Shown: positions 36,721 through 50,301 of the stretch, in pieces
Layout of the letters: each line of letters begins with the position of its first letter
How positions within the stretch are numbered: the first letter of the stretch is position 1
Origin: Gordius albopunctatus
Taxonomy: Eukaryota
DNA: 64,000 nt
Reading direction: 5' to 3'
NCBI GenBank assembly: GCA_964276515.1
Contig: OZ193909.1
Location: 4,774,001 to 4,838,000 of the forward strand
Position numbers and translations under genes: made by a program
Notes under the pieces: generated by a model
The model's input: the letters and a program-made list of their open reading frames with translations, nothing else
What the model was told of the DNA's origin: nothing
Databases searched by the model: none

Positions 36721-37988
36721 CCCCGCGTTCGTGATGACGCGCGAATTGCTAATCAATTCGCACGAAAATAACAAATGTATTAATTAAATAGAAGGCGTTC
36801 ATAGTGAAATCGCAGATGATTCTTTTCGCACGTGGCAAAAAGCGAACAAAATAAGATACAACTCATTTTGTATTTTTCGCGCGATGGTGGAAAAAGTGAA
36901 TCTGTTATGTTATGTATTTTCTATATAATTTTATATGTTTATAGCATAATTACGATCTGATCAATGATATATGATAAATTCAATGAAGAGTCTGATAAAT
37001 TAGCCAAAAAATATTTGCTCTTATGCTTGTTAGTTTAGGTGAAGATATAAAATTAAGATGGAAGAATCTTAGAGATACATACATTAAAGAGCTGAATAAG
37101 GCCAAAAATCTTAAAAGTGGAAGTGGTTTGACCACATCTTATTGGCCTTACTAGATGATTCAATATTGTTTGGAGAAGATCTATCAATTAACCCAGATAG
37201 CATGTATTCTGATGCTTTAACTAGTAATAAGGAAAATGGTAAATTGATAAAGCTTATATTAATTAATATTCATATAGAACCTCCAACTCCAAATTAAAAA
37301 GAAAAGGAAGAAAACAATTTTATTATATTTGTAACATATGTACAACCAATAAAATAAATATGATATGTAAAAGATTTATAAACAGCAAATTGAATATATA
37401 TTATATATAAAAATCTAAGGCAGTATAGAAATCTTGAGCTATCTTTTCAAAATCTTCCAAAGATGGAGATTTCAAATGTAAAATGGAGGATATTGCATTG
37501 CATGCTTCAATCAAAATATAATGAATAGTTGATATTACTATCTTATGTGAATAGCTTATTGATGGATAAGAATTTCCACAAGCCAAATATCTAAATTAAG
37601 ATGTGTTAAAAATTTGATAATGATTAAGTGATAGTTATCATTAATTTTTCTTCATGTGAAATGGAATATGCATAGTTTCTTCTCTGCTTTTATCTTGGTA
37701 GTTATTTTTTCTAATATATAATAAAAAATTTTCCTAAAAACTAATTAATTCATCATTTTACCTTGCTCATCCTAAAATAATTGAAGAATTTCACTGGATA
37801 GTTCACATTTTTCTATTACCCTATTATAAATATAACTGTTTTAATTTTAAAGTTAGGTGAAACCATGTTATAAGCGAATTAAATCGCACGCATCACGAAC
37901 AACGATCGCCTGCGAATTGCTTAAACAATTTCGCGAAACAAAATTCGCTTCGCTTTTTTTCGCTTTGCGCGTCATTACGAACGCGGTG
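36721..37988. mobile_element. Internally deleted PIF/Harbinger transposon with MADF and transposase remnants
   Basis: TIR CCCCGCGTTCGTGATGACGCGCG / TGCGCGTCATTACGAACGCGGTG; TAA TSD; + strand IKLRWKNLRDTYIKELNK...KSGSG (MADF/Myb-like); - strand FFNYFRMSK and RYLACGNSYPSISYSHKIVISTIHYILIEACNAI (HARBI1-like HTH). Confidence 0.9.
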
Positions 37989-38264
37989 TAACGCATATTC
38001 TTACAGCTTTGCCAATGAAATATTTATGCATCACTCTTAAAATTCCAATTTATTTCGCACCACTATAAACGCAGGACCACGCATTAATATAAACAGCTCC
38101 AAATGACATATTAATTAATTACATTTCAATAATCAAATTAATAACTTTATGTGATATGTGTAATATAGTAAAAGCAATCGTATCGACTTTACAAAAACGC
38201 ATTTGATATAAGACAACAAAGTGTTAATAAATAGGGTATATATAAGATCTTCAGCCGAAAAAAT

Positions 38265-41200
38265 CTACATAATTTCTTCCATTTCCTTCATGAAAGCTGC
38301 GTATGCGTCATCTTTCGTCTGAGAACTCACCATAGCTGCCGTCATGCTGGATGATGTCTTTTGCTGACTATACGATCCAGACTCGCCTAAGGGTAAGAAA
38401 TTAAATATTTTAAAAGACCTTTCTTTGTAATAATACATTGATTATTATAATAACAACAATGCTACGGGCATTAAAGTAGTTTTTAAAATTTTATCAGCAG
38501 TGTAGTCGGTTTTCAAAGCTATTTCAGGTTCGTAGCAAATGATATGGTTATCACAAAAAATTTAAAACACTAAAATGTTAAAAAACTTGTAACATATCAT
38601 TTGGTCAAAATTTTCTTCTAGTCTGAATATTCCGTTTCATCTTTAACACTGCAAGGGTCAGGTAAGGTCCCTGAAATCCAAAGTCACGAAATCATTAACA
38701 TTTAAACATTACGATTAAACTGAAAAAGTTCGTAATCCTTCTCTTTTAAGCATTTCAGTTTGTCAAACGCCTAACAAAATATTAGCGCCTAAATTTAACG
38801 GGTCATACTTTATATTTACAACTCAAATATTATCAATTTTGTTTGGCAGAAATCAACATGTATTTTCACAAGGAAAAATTTACCATTACGTGGGGAGTTA
38901 ATTGTACACATACCTTGCTTGGCGTAACTCGATGGGGTGATTTTATTGGCTACCGGCTTTTTAGCTTTGGCATCTCGTTTTACCCTGAGGGACGTTGGCA
39001 TAAACTTGATCGATTCCTCGGTCAGGCTTCTAATCTGAGGCTTTGCCTAAAATTATATAGCGTCAAATACATCATACTCTGTTCAAAAATGTTAGCAAGA
39101 GGGAGCTATTATTGTTTTTGAAAGTTGAACTGGCAACATACATTTCTGTAAGTATTATATTTGAATCATTTCAAATTTTTACCCAACGGAAATAGCAACT
39201 AATGTTAGACAGTTGCGTTTTGTATTAACAATTATAATACTCGGCTGCAATTCAACTTCTTTGGTTTACATAATTCCGCCTGAAAACTTACCAAAAAATT
39301 GAATAAAACTGTCCTTAAAGTGAGAGATCTTGTCATATTCCATATAAATGCGACTTGAAAGGGAAAACAAAGGCAGACCCAAGAAGGGCCAACACTACTA
39401 GACATTTATTCTAAATAATTATTGCTTAATCTTGAATGATGCACCTAAAAGTCAATGCCTGCCTCGACATTTAAGGCAATCCGTCAAAATACTACGCAAA
39501 CGTATAATCCTCACAATATAATTATAATCCGTGTGTTTGGTATATTAGTTTGCACGCATTCCTACCCTTTAATTTGGTGGTAAATTTCGTCCTTTAAAGA
39601 GAGTTTTCCCAATAAATTAGCTAAAACTCAGTCGTTTTGGTTGTAATAATTGAATTGTACATCGTGTCAAGCCAAAATGTCAAACAAAATCTTAAACGAC
39701 TAACGGTCGCATCGGGATTAAAGACTAAATCTACTTTATTTTAGTTTTCAAACGCATTACGATTCCAAACTTCATACCGATCAAAGATATACCAAGATAA
39801 AAATCATTAATCAGTTCATAAAGCTCCGTCCTCTACCTTTCAAACTTTTTTCACCCTCGAACCAACTCTAAAACAAACTAATTTAGGAGTGGCCAGCATT
39901 GGAATTAGCCGAGGCCTGTAATAATTTAGGGAGGGAGGGGGGAAGGCAAAAACATTTTTTTTAATTTTACCCATTCTTTTGAAAAATTCAAAAAAACCTG
40001 CCCCCTTCCCTTGATTACGCCCATGCATACTCACAAACTTGTTCACAAATTAAGGTTAAAGAGGGTGTACCTCGATGACGGCGTGGCTTCCCTTACTGCC
40101 ACCCGCAAAATAGGGTTGGGCCTGGTATTGTTGGGGTTGACTTGAGACGGATCTATCGTAAGATAGCTTGGGCAAGGCTACGATTTGAGAAACGCCGAGG
40201 TTAGGTTCGTCAAACCCGTAGCCCCTTAGGGGTGCGGAGGAGAGGTCGGTGGAGCCTTGTCCTTTGTGTTGCATGAATAGCGGGGGCGGTGGGGGAGCCA
40301 ACAGGGGTTCGTCTGAGCATTGTTGTAATGTAGGAAATAAAACATTTTAACACGTTGGGAAAATGGTTTAGCTCGTATCCTAGGTAAACAAGAAAGGTCC
40401 AAAGGCATCACAAAAGGTCAAGGAAGAAGGTGAAAGCGAGTTTGTTTGAAATAAAATTCAAAATTATAAAGATCTTACTAAAGGAGGTACAGTTTCAACG
40501 TTAAATTACCCAGGTTTATTCATTTGAACGGGGTAATTAGCGCTTTTCATAACAAAACTATATTTGATTTTTTAACTCTAATATCCATGTAGAGTGTCAT
40601 TATCTTCGCGCATCCTTATTTTTCAATAATATTAAGCTTTTATTAAACTACGAAACACCCATAGGTGTAAAACCATAGTGACAAGACAGCTCCATATTGA
40701 TAAAAGTAGTTTAAAATAAAGTAATCTTTAACGAATACAGTTAGAAACGAAAACTTTATGGCATAGAAAAGAAGTATTTTTACTTAGGGGCGGTCGGTAG
40801 GGGGTCTGCTGCATCGGTAACATAGGAAATCCTTTCATCATCCTACGTAATTGTAAAAGACATAATTCTAGTTAAAAATGGTAGATAAAACATACAGCTG
40901 CTTATATAGATATTTATTACTTAGTTTTTCGCCATTCCATTTTATTATATTCATTTAAGGTGAGATATTAAATAATCATATATATACGGTTTAACCTTTT
41001 TAGACATCGCCCTCTCTCCCTCCCTTCTTCACAAGTTGGATTTCAATTTCTACGTATATTATCTCAGCTGCTTTGTCAAACAATACTTATCATAGATCTT
41101 ATTATTTATTTTCTTAAACCCTGTCGAATTTTTATATATGCAAGTGAATTGTTTTGTAAGTAATTGCATACAATATTTGACAGAAAAATAAGGAGATTAT

Positions 41201-44200
41201 CATCGTGTTAATGAATTGGATTAGCGTAACAAATAGAAGAAAGTATTTAAATTTCAACCTCGATATAAGTAAGCTTTAGTTTAAAATCCCTCGCAATACA
41301 ATATAAAAATTTAATTTCTATAATTGTGCGAAGGGTTGTGTGAGAAGCTCACATTGAATTTTGCATCATGGCATAATTTATAGATTGTTGAGCTTCGTAA
41401 AAGTCAGATTCATCCCCGAAAGTAGCTCCTAAGCTTGTATCTCGACGATTGATCTCTTCTTGGTTGTAATAAGCATCTCCAAAACTCGTCTCCTGCCCTC
41501 TGATTTCTTCGCGTTCCTCATCAAACCTCGACTGTTTCTATATATTTAAATGCCAAAAAATATATTAAAAACACCTGTTCACCTTAAATTAACCTCACTA
41601 TATTTGCATTAAATGTTTTTTATGATAAATGTAGTCGGTATAAGGCCTGTTTTCTTGAGATGTGACATTTATTTTACATTTACCCGAGTTGATTGGATTT
41701 CCTTTGCCAATTGCTTGTACATTGAGCGGGAATCTTTTTCTTCGTACGAATCTTGATCAGGGCCATCGAAGCGAATACGCCGAGATTTTTGATCTATCAT
41801 CACGTTAAATTAAAAAGTAAAAAATTAAGTGCTGGCGAAGTATATGGGCCCATTAAGAGCTAAAGAGTCTCCATTACCAATTGCATCAAACTAATTCGTT
41901 CGTCGATAGATATTCACAACTGTCAATGTGTCAGCTAATTTGCCCTGAACAAGTACACCCGATTTGAGGGAGTAAAAAAGCGTGCAAGACTTAAAATTGA
42001 CTAAACGCTAATGCATAATACTTGATTGGAGAACACGTATATGATCTTGAGATCAAAACTATTATTCGGCCTCAATAAAATATAAACTAGATTAAAACGG
42101 TATAAAAATTTTAGAAAAATAAGGATTATATAGTGTTAATGGCAGTAGGTGGTAAAATAAGGTAAAAACAAAGCTGAGACCTGTGATTTGCTCCTAGGAA
42201 TAATTCATTTTCCAAACGCACCTATGCATTATATCGCTTACACTGTGACAAATATACTTAAAGAGCAACGTAGACACACACAAAATGGCCTCACAAAATC
42301 TCCAGGCCACAATCTTATGTAACGAGGTGTTTGTAAAATTTCAAAACGCACAAAAACTCTCGACAATAACTATACAAAAAAGGATGCGTTTCTTCAATTA
42401 CCGGTACTGGCCTGTTCGTCATACGATTTGTCTTCAGCAATGATTTCTTCGAATTCTTCTTCCGTATCGCTACCTACACATACTTATTATAATATCTAAA
42501 TTCTTACACCTAAAAAATGATTAAAATAAAAGAGGGTTGTGCAAATTAATTAACGATATATTTCTCGAATGTTGACACTTCGTTTTTATAATGTTCTTAC
42601 GTTCAAATAAACAAGATATAAATGAAAAAAAATTAATTAACGATATGAGCTCTGACAAATTCAATATAAAAGGTTTAGCTTAGATTAACACCGAAACTCG
42701 ACTCAAATAACCCATATATACTTTTTATCCGTTCATATTCAAATACTTGCAAAACTTAAAATCAGATAAATAAGGTTATAATTAAACTATGCAATAATAC
42801 ATTAGGAATAGGCTACGAAATGGTAAATTTTGAAATTTAAAAGCTCCAAAGGCTAAATAATTAATTTACCCCAAACGTTTATCTTAAGAAGTATATTAGA
42901 CGCAAAATAAAACAGCAAAAGCCGTGATACAAATAACATATCGTAGTAGTAAATAAGGGTGTTTGTTAAGCATGATAATAGTGAATATACCCTGTTTCTC
43001 AGTTTTGGGGCCTCCCTTTTCGGTGTCCTCAGAAACGGTTGATTTGCTGCTACTACCACTACTACTCCTTCTTCGCGGTGATCCCGATTCCCTACCTCGG
43101 CGACGTCTTCCTGCACACGTGCAAAAGTGAAGTTTCAGTAATAAATACATCGATAGTGCAGGGAGGGGGCAGGCAAATATTCTGAAAATTTTGATTAAAT
43201 TATGGCCTTAAATTCCCCCCCCCCCCCAAAATTATCATTTTGCCCCCTTCCTTAAGACATTACCGTCCCCTATACTTCTAATCCTGGGTACGCCCATGCT
43301 TACAGGGGTACAAATGTACTCCTTTAAAATCATAGCAGCTTAAAAAAGGGTAAATTTTTAAATTTTTAAAAATTACACCCCATCCGACCGAAGGCATAGA
43401 AAGGCGGACACATTTGGACAAGAATTTTTAAAAATTAAAATCGATTAGAAACTGAAATGTAGACTTTCAAATCATTTGCCACCAATATAGGGAAAGGTTC
43501 ATGAATGTAGTGCTGAATGTTTTTCACTTTAGCAAGGAGCTCCTCGTTTAAGACTAGCGACCAGCTGACTTTTGCAGTGAAATTTATTAAGCCACTTAGG
43601 CCACCATGCTCTGTGAGATTTTTTCAATATGGGAACATGTGCAGTGAAAAATTGAAAAAGTTCAGGAAGAAAGGATAAAACATGTAAGGATCATCTTTCC
43701 ATACGCAAGTTTAACGCTCAATTAATCAACAATATGATTGTGGCCCACACGTCTACTTAACCCGCCAGGTACCACTAATTTTTGGCCGGTCAAATTTGTT
43801 AAAAATAATTATTTAGCATCCCTAGGGTCAAGGCGAGAACAGTCAGTTGAAATTTTTTAGAAAAATAATGCAGTCGAGTGGATAAGGGGGTGTCACCTAA
43901 GGGTGACGATGGGAACACCAAAAATGCAACATTTGATTTTTTACCTAAATCAATTACAATTAAATTAGTTATAAGTCGTAATGATTAGCCAAGCATTTTA
44001 ATTGCAATCCGGCATTACAATAATAACATTTAAGGCATCCGGCTTTCTTACAAACTTTACAGCGCCTCAGTAAACAGGTTTTTTTTGATGTTTTGAGATA
44101 TTCGGTTTATATCTTGTGGAAGCAAAACAAACGCTTCCTTTCGGTGGAAGCCCATATTTTCGAAATAAATCACTACTATTGATCTTCTAAAGTTGTATAA

Positions 44201-47200
44201 TGAAATATACTCATTGTTCAAATTGTATATTTGTCACACATTTTGACACGGCGCGTGTATGCCAAATGCAATCTAATTTTACTCAGGCAACAACTAGGGA
44301 TTCTTGTTGCACGATACAACTTTAAATCCTTTGCCGACTCATGGCCCATTTTAGAAGAGAATGATATAGATCTTTGTATTTAACCAATATGTCTTTATTT
44401 TTGTATTTCGCTTATTAATGTAACTTTGTTTCTTGAAAATAAACTTTTTAACAAAAAAAAACAAAAACAAAAAATACCATTTTACCCTAAAATAAATCTT
44501 TTTTGAATGAACCCCAACCATATATATATCTATTGTACATTTAAACCATAAACCGGCAATCAACTTGTATTCTCGATTTCACCTTGTTGCTTGAACCCAT
44601 TCCGCCTATTTTTCTTATAGTCTGGGTTCCATTACAATTCGATAACATGCTGACTATACAGTTGTTGTCTCCATTGTATTGCTACTAAATTTGAAGTAAC
44701 TTTTTTCTCGAAATAACCTCGTTTTTTTGCAAAACCTTAGGATCGCTTAGAGGACATTTTATTCGATTCGTTCTGACTGTTCCTATCGCTCCAACATTGT
44801 TTTTGAGAGTGCATTTAACAAATTTTTGCTGAAAGTAATTATGAAAATATCTATACAAGGAGAATGTTTTTCCAGTGATTTATCAAAAGGTCCATTATGA
44901 AAGCTCCCCTTAAACCAAGTGTTTTTGGATGTGGTAGAATACATGAATCACCCTGATAAACATGGAAAGCCATAAGGTAAACAGACCTTGTTTCCGCTGA
45001 CCATAATTATTATATCCAAATCACATTAACTTTCCTTTTATGAATTGTTAAGTGGTAGGGTGTCAATAATATGGGACATGTTTTCGGCCATTGAAACATT
45101 TAAATGCTTTTAAATGTTTGAATATTTTCTTATAATGTTCATTTCTAAGATTGAAAAACTCCCGTACTTTGACAATTTGTCAGTCAATTCTAACTTTAAT
45201 CTGTCGCATAAATATAAAATATTTTGTTATCTCCTAAAACCTATTACGGCACATGCCGTATGAGACCATCTGATAGTAGCAATCAGATTGTAGTCCAAAA
45301 AACATTTAAGATTTTTCGGAATTAGAAATCCTGTTAGGAGTAAGCAATTTTACACTCCTCCTTTTTAATATTATAACGGCTGGCATTTAAATTTGTCATA
45401 TTAACAAAAACTGTCACAATTTTATCTGAGAAAAGTTTCTCGAAATAATCTTGTGTGGTTAGTGACGTCTGTACTATCACCATCCTTGCGACCGCATGGA
45501 AGAATATATTTTCATCATCCAGCTAATTCAAATTATCTTTGAAGCATGAACTTTTTAGACCGGAAGAAGAAATAATCTCTACACAAGACGTAATCATTGA
45601 CTATGTAGATGCTCCAAATCGGCTTCTATTTTATCTCAACTTCCTGTCACCTTCCTCGTTTGGAAGAAAAATAATCACTTCTTTTATATCTTAATTAGGA
45701 CATTAAAATTCTTCTAACAGGTCATTGTCCAAAAAGCGGTACAATCAAACTGGTCTAAAAATTAATAAAAAGTTTTTTGAAAACCCCATATTTTAAGGAT
45801 AAATTTAAACCTATTTTCACAAATTTTTTGTCTCTGTGGCGTAAAAAATCGAAGGGAGAGGAACAAGACCTATTACAACATGGCTTTCAAAATTTAAGAT
45901 ATGTTTTTTATAGTATATAGTTGTTAACAGGCATCGTAAACGAGGTTTAAAAATACCTAAATAACTTATAGCCAAAAAATGACATTCTCAATGTCACTTT
46001 TAGGTGACAGTAAATTTAAAAGTTAAAAAAAGATAGGATAAAAATATAATTATAAAATAAAATTTATATCAAAAAAATAGGTAGAAATTACTCTTTAAGT
46101 GCATGCAAAAATAATTGTATAACTCAAGTTCGTTTTTCCATAAAATTGAATTGTTTGAGAGGGATGAAAAAGTGAAAAAATCGTGAAGTTTGAAATAAAA
46201 TATTTCAAGGATGATAGATCCGGAGGATATGAACGTTTTGTGAGGTGATTAAGCAACAACTGTGTATTGAAATCAATTTAAAAAATTTAATTTCGGTGAA
46301 TACTTTTAAAATAAACAGCATTTTAATGGCTGTAACCTAAAAGTTACATATTGGTACTTTTCGGGTTAATAGTTATCCGCTATTGGCCATTGTGTTATTA
46401 GTTCACGCATTTAGACTGCTAAAAGTTAGTATATAAATTACTTCCTTCCCTGCTCCTGCTTCTAGATCTTTCTCCACTCCTGCTCCTCCTAGGCGAACGA
46501 CTTCTACGTCTTCTCTTGTTATCTCGCAAGTCTCGCGACAATCGCCGCTCCGCTTGGTCTCGCTCCTCCGTCCGGACCGGGCTCAAGGGCGGGGCAGGGT
46601 CCATGGGTGGACCTGGTGGCCCGGCGCGATGGCTAAAACATAGGACAACAAACCATGTTATAGGTCGGTAGGATAGATATAATTTATAGCTCGGTAAAAA
46701 GTGGATTAATATGTATACAAACGGAGGCCTGACTAGCAATTTAAGACAAAATGATAATTTTTCTTTAATTTAACCATAATTTTAAATGTCTAAAAAGTCT
46801 TAATTATAGGAAGTCCCCTGACTACGCCCATTTACACAAAACATAAAATATATCTAATAGTAAAGGCGGTAATTCTAAGGCGCCAAATCCATTTAAGTCG
46901 GTCGCTAAGGTGCAGAAATATTTGGCAATAGTTGCTGCAAAACTTATTCCTAAGAATTAGAAATATAGCCCTAATAAAAACATGTTCCTTCGAGCCTTAA
47001 TACACACGTTACGTAATGAAAACATCGTTGCTTTTTGATTTAACTTACTATAAACAACAAATTCTCAAATTCCTAATCTTTTCCCCTTTGTATTCCCATA
47101 CATACATACATACATACATATATATATATATATAAAGAAGACTTTTACCCATAGACATTTCCCATACTAGGTTTGAGGATACTTTTCAAGAGGGGTTGCT

Positions 47201-48283
47201 GTACATCCTCACTCCCATCTCCACGCATAGCTAAGAGTGCAGCAGCTTGTTCTTGTTGCTGAAACGTGGTTTGCCCCTCGTAACCCAACCCATCGTAGGC
47301 TGCGGAGTTGGCGGTATGAGGCAAGGGTATGTTATACAGGGTAGGGGGTTGGTCGTAGTAAGAAGTGCCAGATCCTGAAGATAAACCCAAACGTGGATTA
47401 ATTAAGGTTTTGGTGAAATTATGTTTTTATTCCGTTTTGTCCATGAAGGAGCTGATATTTGATGTTAAATTGAAAATTTTGCAAATTATTACAGATATGT
47501 TTAGAAACAAACTTTCTTAAGTATCATCTGGCTGAATAGCTTTAGTGAGTCAAAGTTTATGGTTAAAATAATTAAGACTCTTTTTAAAACTACAAAACAA
47601 TGTAATTTTTAACTTTTATTTATCAATAATAGATAAGTTAAAGCTATCAAAATGGTAAAACAAAATTTAAACTTGGCGTCTTAATTGATTTTTATTAAAA
47701 TTGAACAAATCACCCGACAACATTTGTGGATCCTTGCTCAAGGATTTAATAACAAAATAGTTTACTTTTATTTCTTGATCTATTTGGGTTTATATGTTCT
47801 TTTATAGTTGTTTTATATTATACTCCAATTTTGAGATTCATTAACAAAAAAAATAAAATAAGACTAATAAAATGTTTAGATATTAGATTCCAAAAATGGG
47901 GATGGCATTAGATATATGAACTGCCATAATATTTACAACATACCCATCATCATGTTGTGGTGATTTGTAAAGCTGTAGTACATGTTGGATAGATCTGTGG
48001 TGGTGTCATGGCTAAACAAATTTCCTGCATTCTCAGGCAAGGGTATGCTATCTACATTTACATTTTTGGCATTCTTGACACTCTCATAATAAGTTATCTT
48101 CTCAAATCTGCGTGCTTCATACTCTCTTTTTAACCTTTAGCATAATTAGTTATGTAGCATTTAAGACAATATTTTGATGTAGATTGTCTATATTTTAAAC
48201 TAAGTTATCTAAATAAATGTATAAACATGCCCAAATTATTATTGATCATTATTTAATGTGTTTCAAAAATTAATGAACAAAAA

Positions 48284-48334
<51 letters not shown>

Positions 48335-49373
48335 AAGGTTGGCGTCAAATAAAAAAGACCAACTTTAGACAAAAGCATGGGAAAATATGCAAAAGTGCAG
48401 CAAAATTAAGGAGTTATGAAAGTAAAGTAATTGAAAGACATGGCATTTCCATTATTATTTCTTATATATAAAAAGGGTTTAATATGCTTAGATAAATTAA
48501 AAAATATTAAAATGGTTTAAATATTTAATGTATAATTTGAAGACAAACCCTTAAATTTTAACATTTTTCACATTACATCTAACTTTAAAATATGTGTTAA
48601 AATATGTCAAATTCTACCAAAATTACCATACCACACTTATGATTTGTTCCTATGCTTATATTATAATTAAATAACTTGCAAATATGTAAAAACCTAAAAT
48701 AAGTTAAAGAAAATTATCTCTAATTAAAAAAAAGCTATAAAACTATATCATACTTTTTAATTTCTTGAAAGTATTCAGGTTCTTCTTTTTCCTAGCAAAG
48801 ATAAGAATTCTCAACATATAAAATTACTTACATAAAGTCCTAAGACACGTTCAAGCATTTCTCTTAACTTTTTACGCTTGTCTTGGAGGACAGCTTCACG
48901 AAATATTGGAATTTTATCCGTGTTAAATTCTAAAATGATATTGAAAATATGTATATATAATGACATTTGAATTTTATTTATATAGTCAATTGATTAATAA
49001 TTTTAACTGGAATTATAAAATATGTAGAATTCTACATTTAAGTTATTTATATTAGCTATCAAAACAATCACTAATTAAATGTAGATTAGACAGTATATAA
49101 CAACTTACCCATTTCATCCAACGCCTCCATTTCATATAAAATTTGTTTGGGATCTTTGCTTTTTAAAACAGCTAAACGAATCAACTGTCTTTGTTTCTTA
49201 TTCTATTAAATATATAATTAGCAAAAAGGATTTTAATAACTTTCTTAAGTTCCTTTTTCCGGGCCAACTTACCTAAAAATAATAGGTATACATATAATGT
49301 TATACTTACGAGCCTGATCAGTAGGATTCATAAATTTCCCACTCTTGGTTGTATTAAGAGGTCGTCTACCCAT
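38265..49373 (-). CDS. WBP11: WW domain-binding protein 11 (SIPP1/NpwBP splicing factor), 16 coding exons
   Basis: Exons 49373-49310, 49272-49241, 49202-49109, 48929-48832, 48791-48754, 48134-47944, 47374-47149, 46632-46442, 43110-42991, 42473-42402, 41793-41684, 41537-41353, 40842-40784, 40312-40071, 39046-38914, 38386-38265, phases consistent. MGRR...TKSGKFMNPTDQARK N-terminus, RIRF (RVxF-like PP1 motif), AKPQI...FMPTSLRVKR, QTKDDAYAAFMKEMEEIM*. Central low-complexity exons are less certain. Confidence 0.9.
43761..46365 (-). mobile_element. Decayed piggyBac transposon in WBP11 intron 8
   Basis: TTAA|CCCG...GTACCA and TGGTAC...CGGG|TTAA ends; subterminal inverted GTCAC..AG.GTGAC motifs; minus-strand remnants GAIGTVRTNRIKCPL and C-terminal RRCKVC cysteine-rich domain. 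Confidence 0.82.
48281..48335. repeat. (AAAT)n microsatellite
   Basis: About 13 perfect AAAT units in WBP11 intron 5. Confidence 0.95.
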
Positions 49374-49744
49374 TTTAAGAAAATAAAATCTAAACAAATT
49401 TAATATCAACTAGGTACATTTTTATGTTAATTCGAAATGTGTGACTAAGTATCTCACAGGGTTTAATCTTTTTCTTAATTTCAGATAAAAGTTCAAATAT
49501 AAAGATTCTTATAATAGTTATGCTTCCCCAAAATTGCAATTAAATATCCAAACGAAATTATTTTGAGATACGGTGTATTATCAATTTTACATTTTTTATA
49601 TGAGTTTTCGAAGTACAACAATCTTTGTATACTCAATTAATTCTTAAGATAAAAAATAAATATTCTGTGGCATAACTTTATGTATTTATTTGTAAGAATT
49701 AGTTGAAAAATTATACCCCTATGTCTTTCTACATAATGTGCGAT

Positions 49745-49886
49745 CATGGATAGAGTCAGGGGGGCAGGGGGGGCTTCGATGCAAAAACCTTGAATTAATT
49801 AAATTTATGTTTCCCCCCCCCCTTCCTAATTAAACTTTTAAACGTTTTGCCCTCCACCTCTAATACAAAACCTGGCTAGGCCCATG
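49745..49886. mobile_element. hAT-like MITE (CATGGGCGTA family)
   Basis: CATGGATAGAGTCAGG...CCTGGCTAGGCCCATG; 8-bp TSD TGTGCGAT/TGTGCAAT (7/8). Confidence 0.75.
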
Positions 49887-50301
49887 TGTGCAATATACAA
49901 TCGCTTTTGACAAGTTTAGTAGTTTCATAGGTTTTCTTATTTTTAGGATGTTTCCATTAAAGATAAGTATAAAATAGGCTTAGCAAACCATATTTGTAAT
50001 AAAATAATTTACAATGTATATTCTACAGCTGAAATTTTCTATAGCATTTTTCTAGCATTTAAACTACCAAGTTTAATTAAAACATTTAGCGATCAAACAT
50101 GCAGAGTAATTTCTTAATTTTAAGGTTATGGATAGTGTTAATATGCTCGAAATTGTTTCGCTTGTATTTTGCTAAACCTGGTGCACATGCTGCTTAATAA
50201 CCCGATTACTAGCACTGGCAGATTAAAGTTACCATGGCTGCTGGTTGAGAGAGATATAAGGATTGATATAAACCGTGGTATCGAGCAGGGTTTTTTGAAA
50301 C

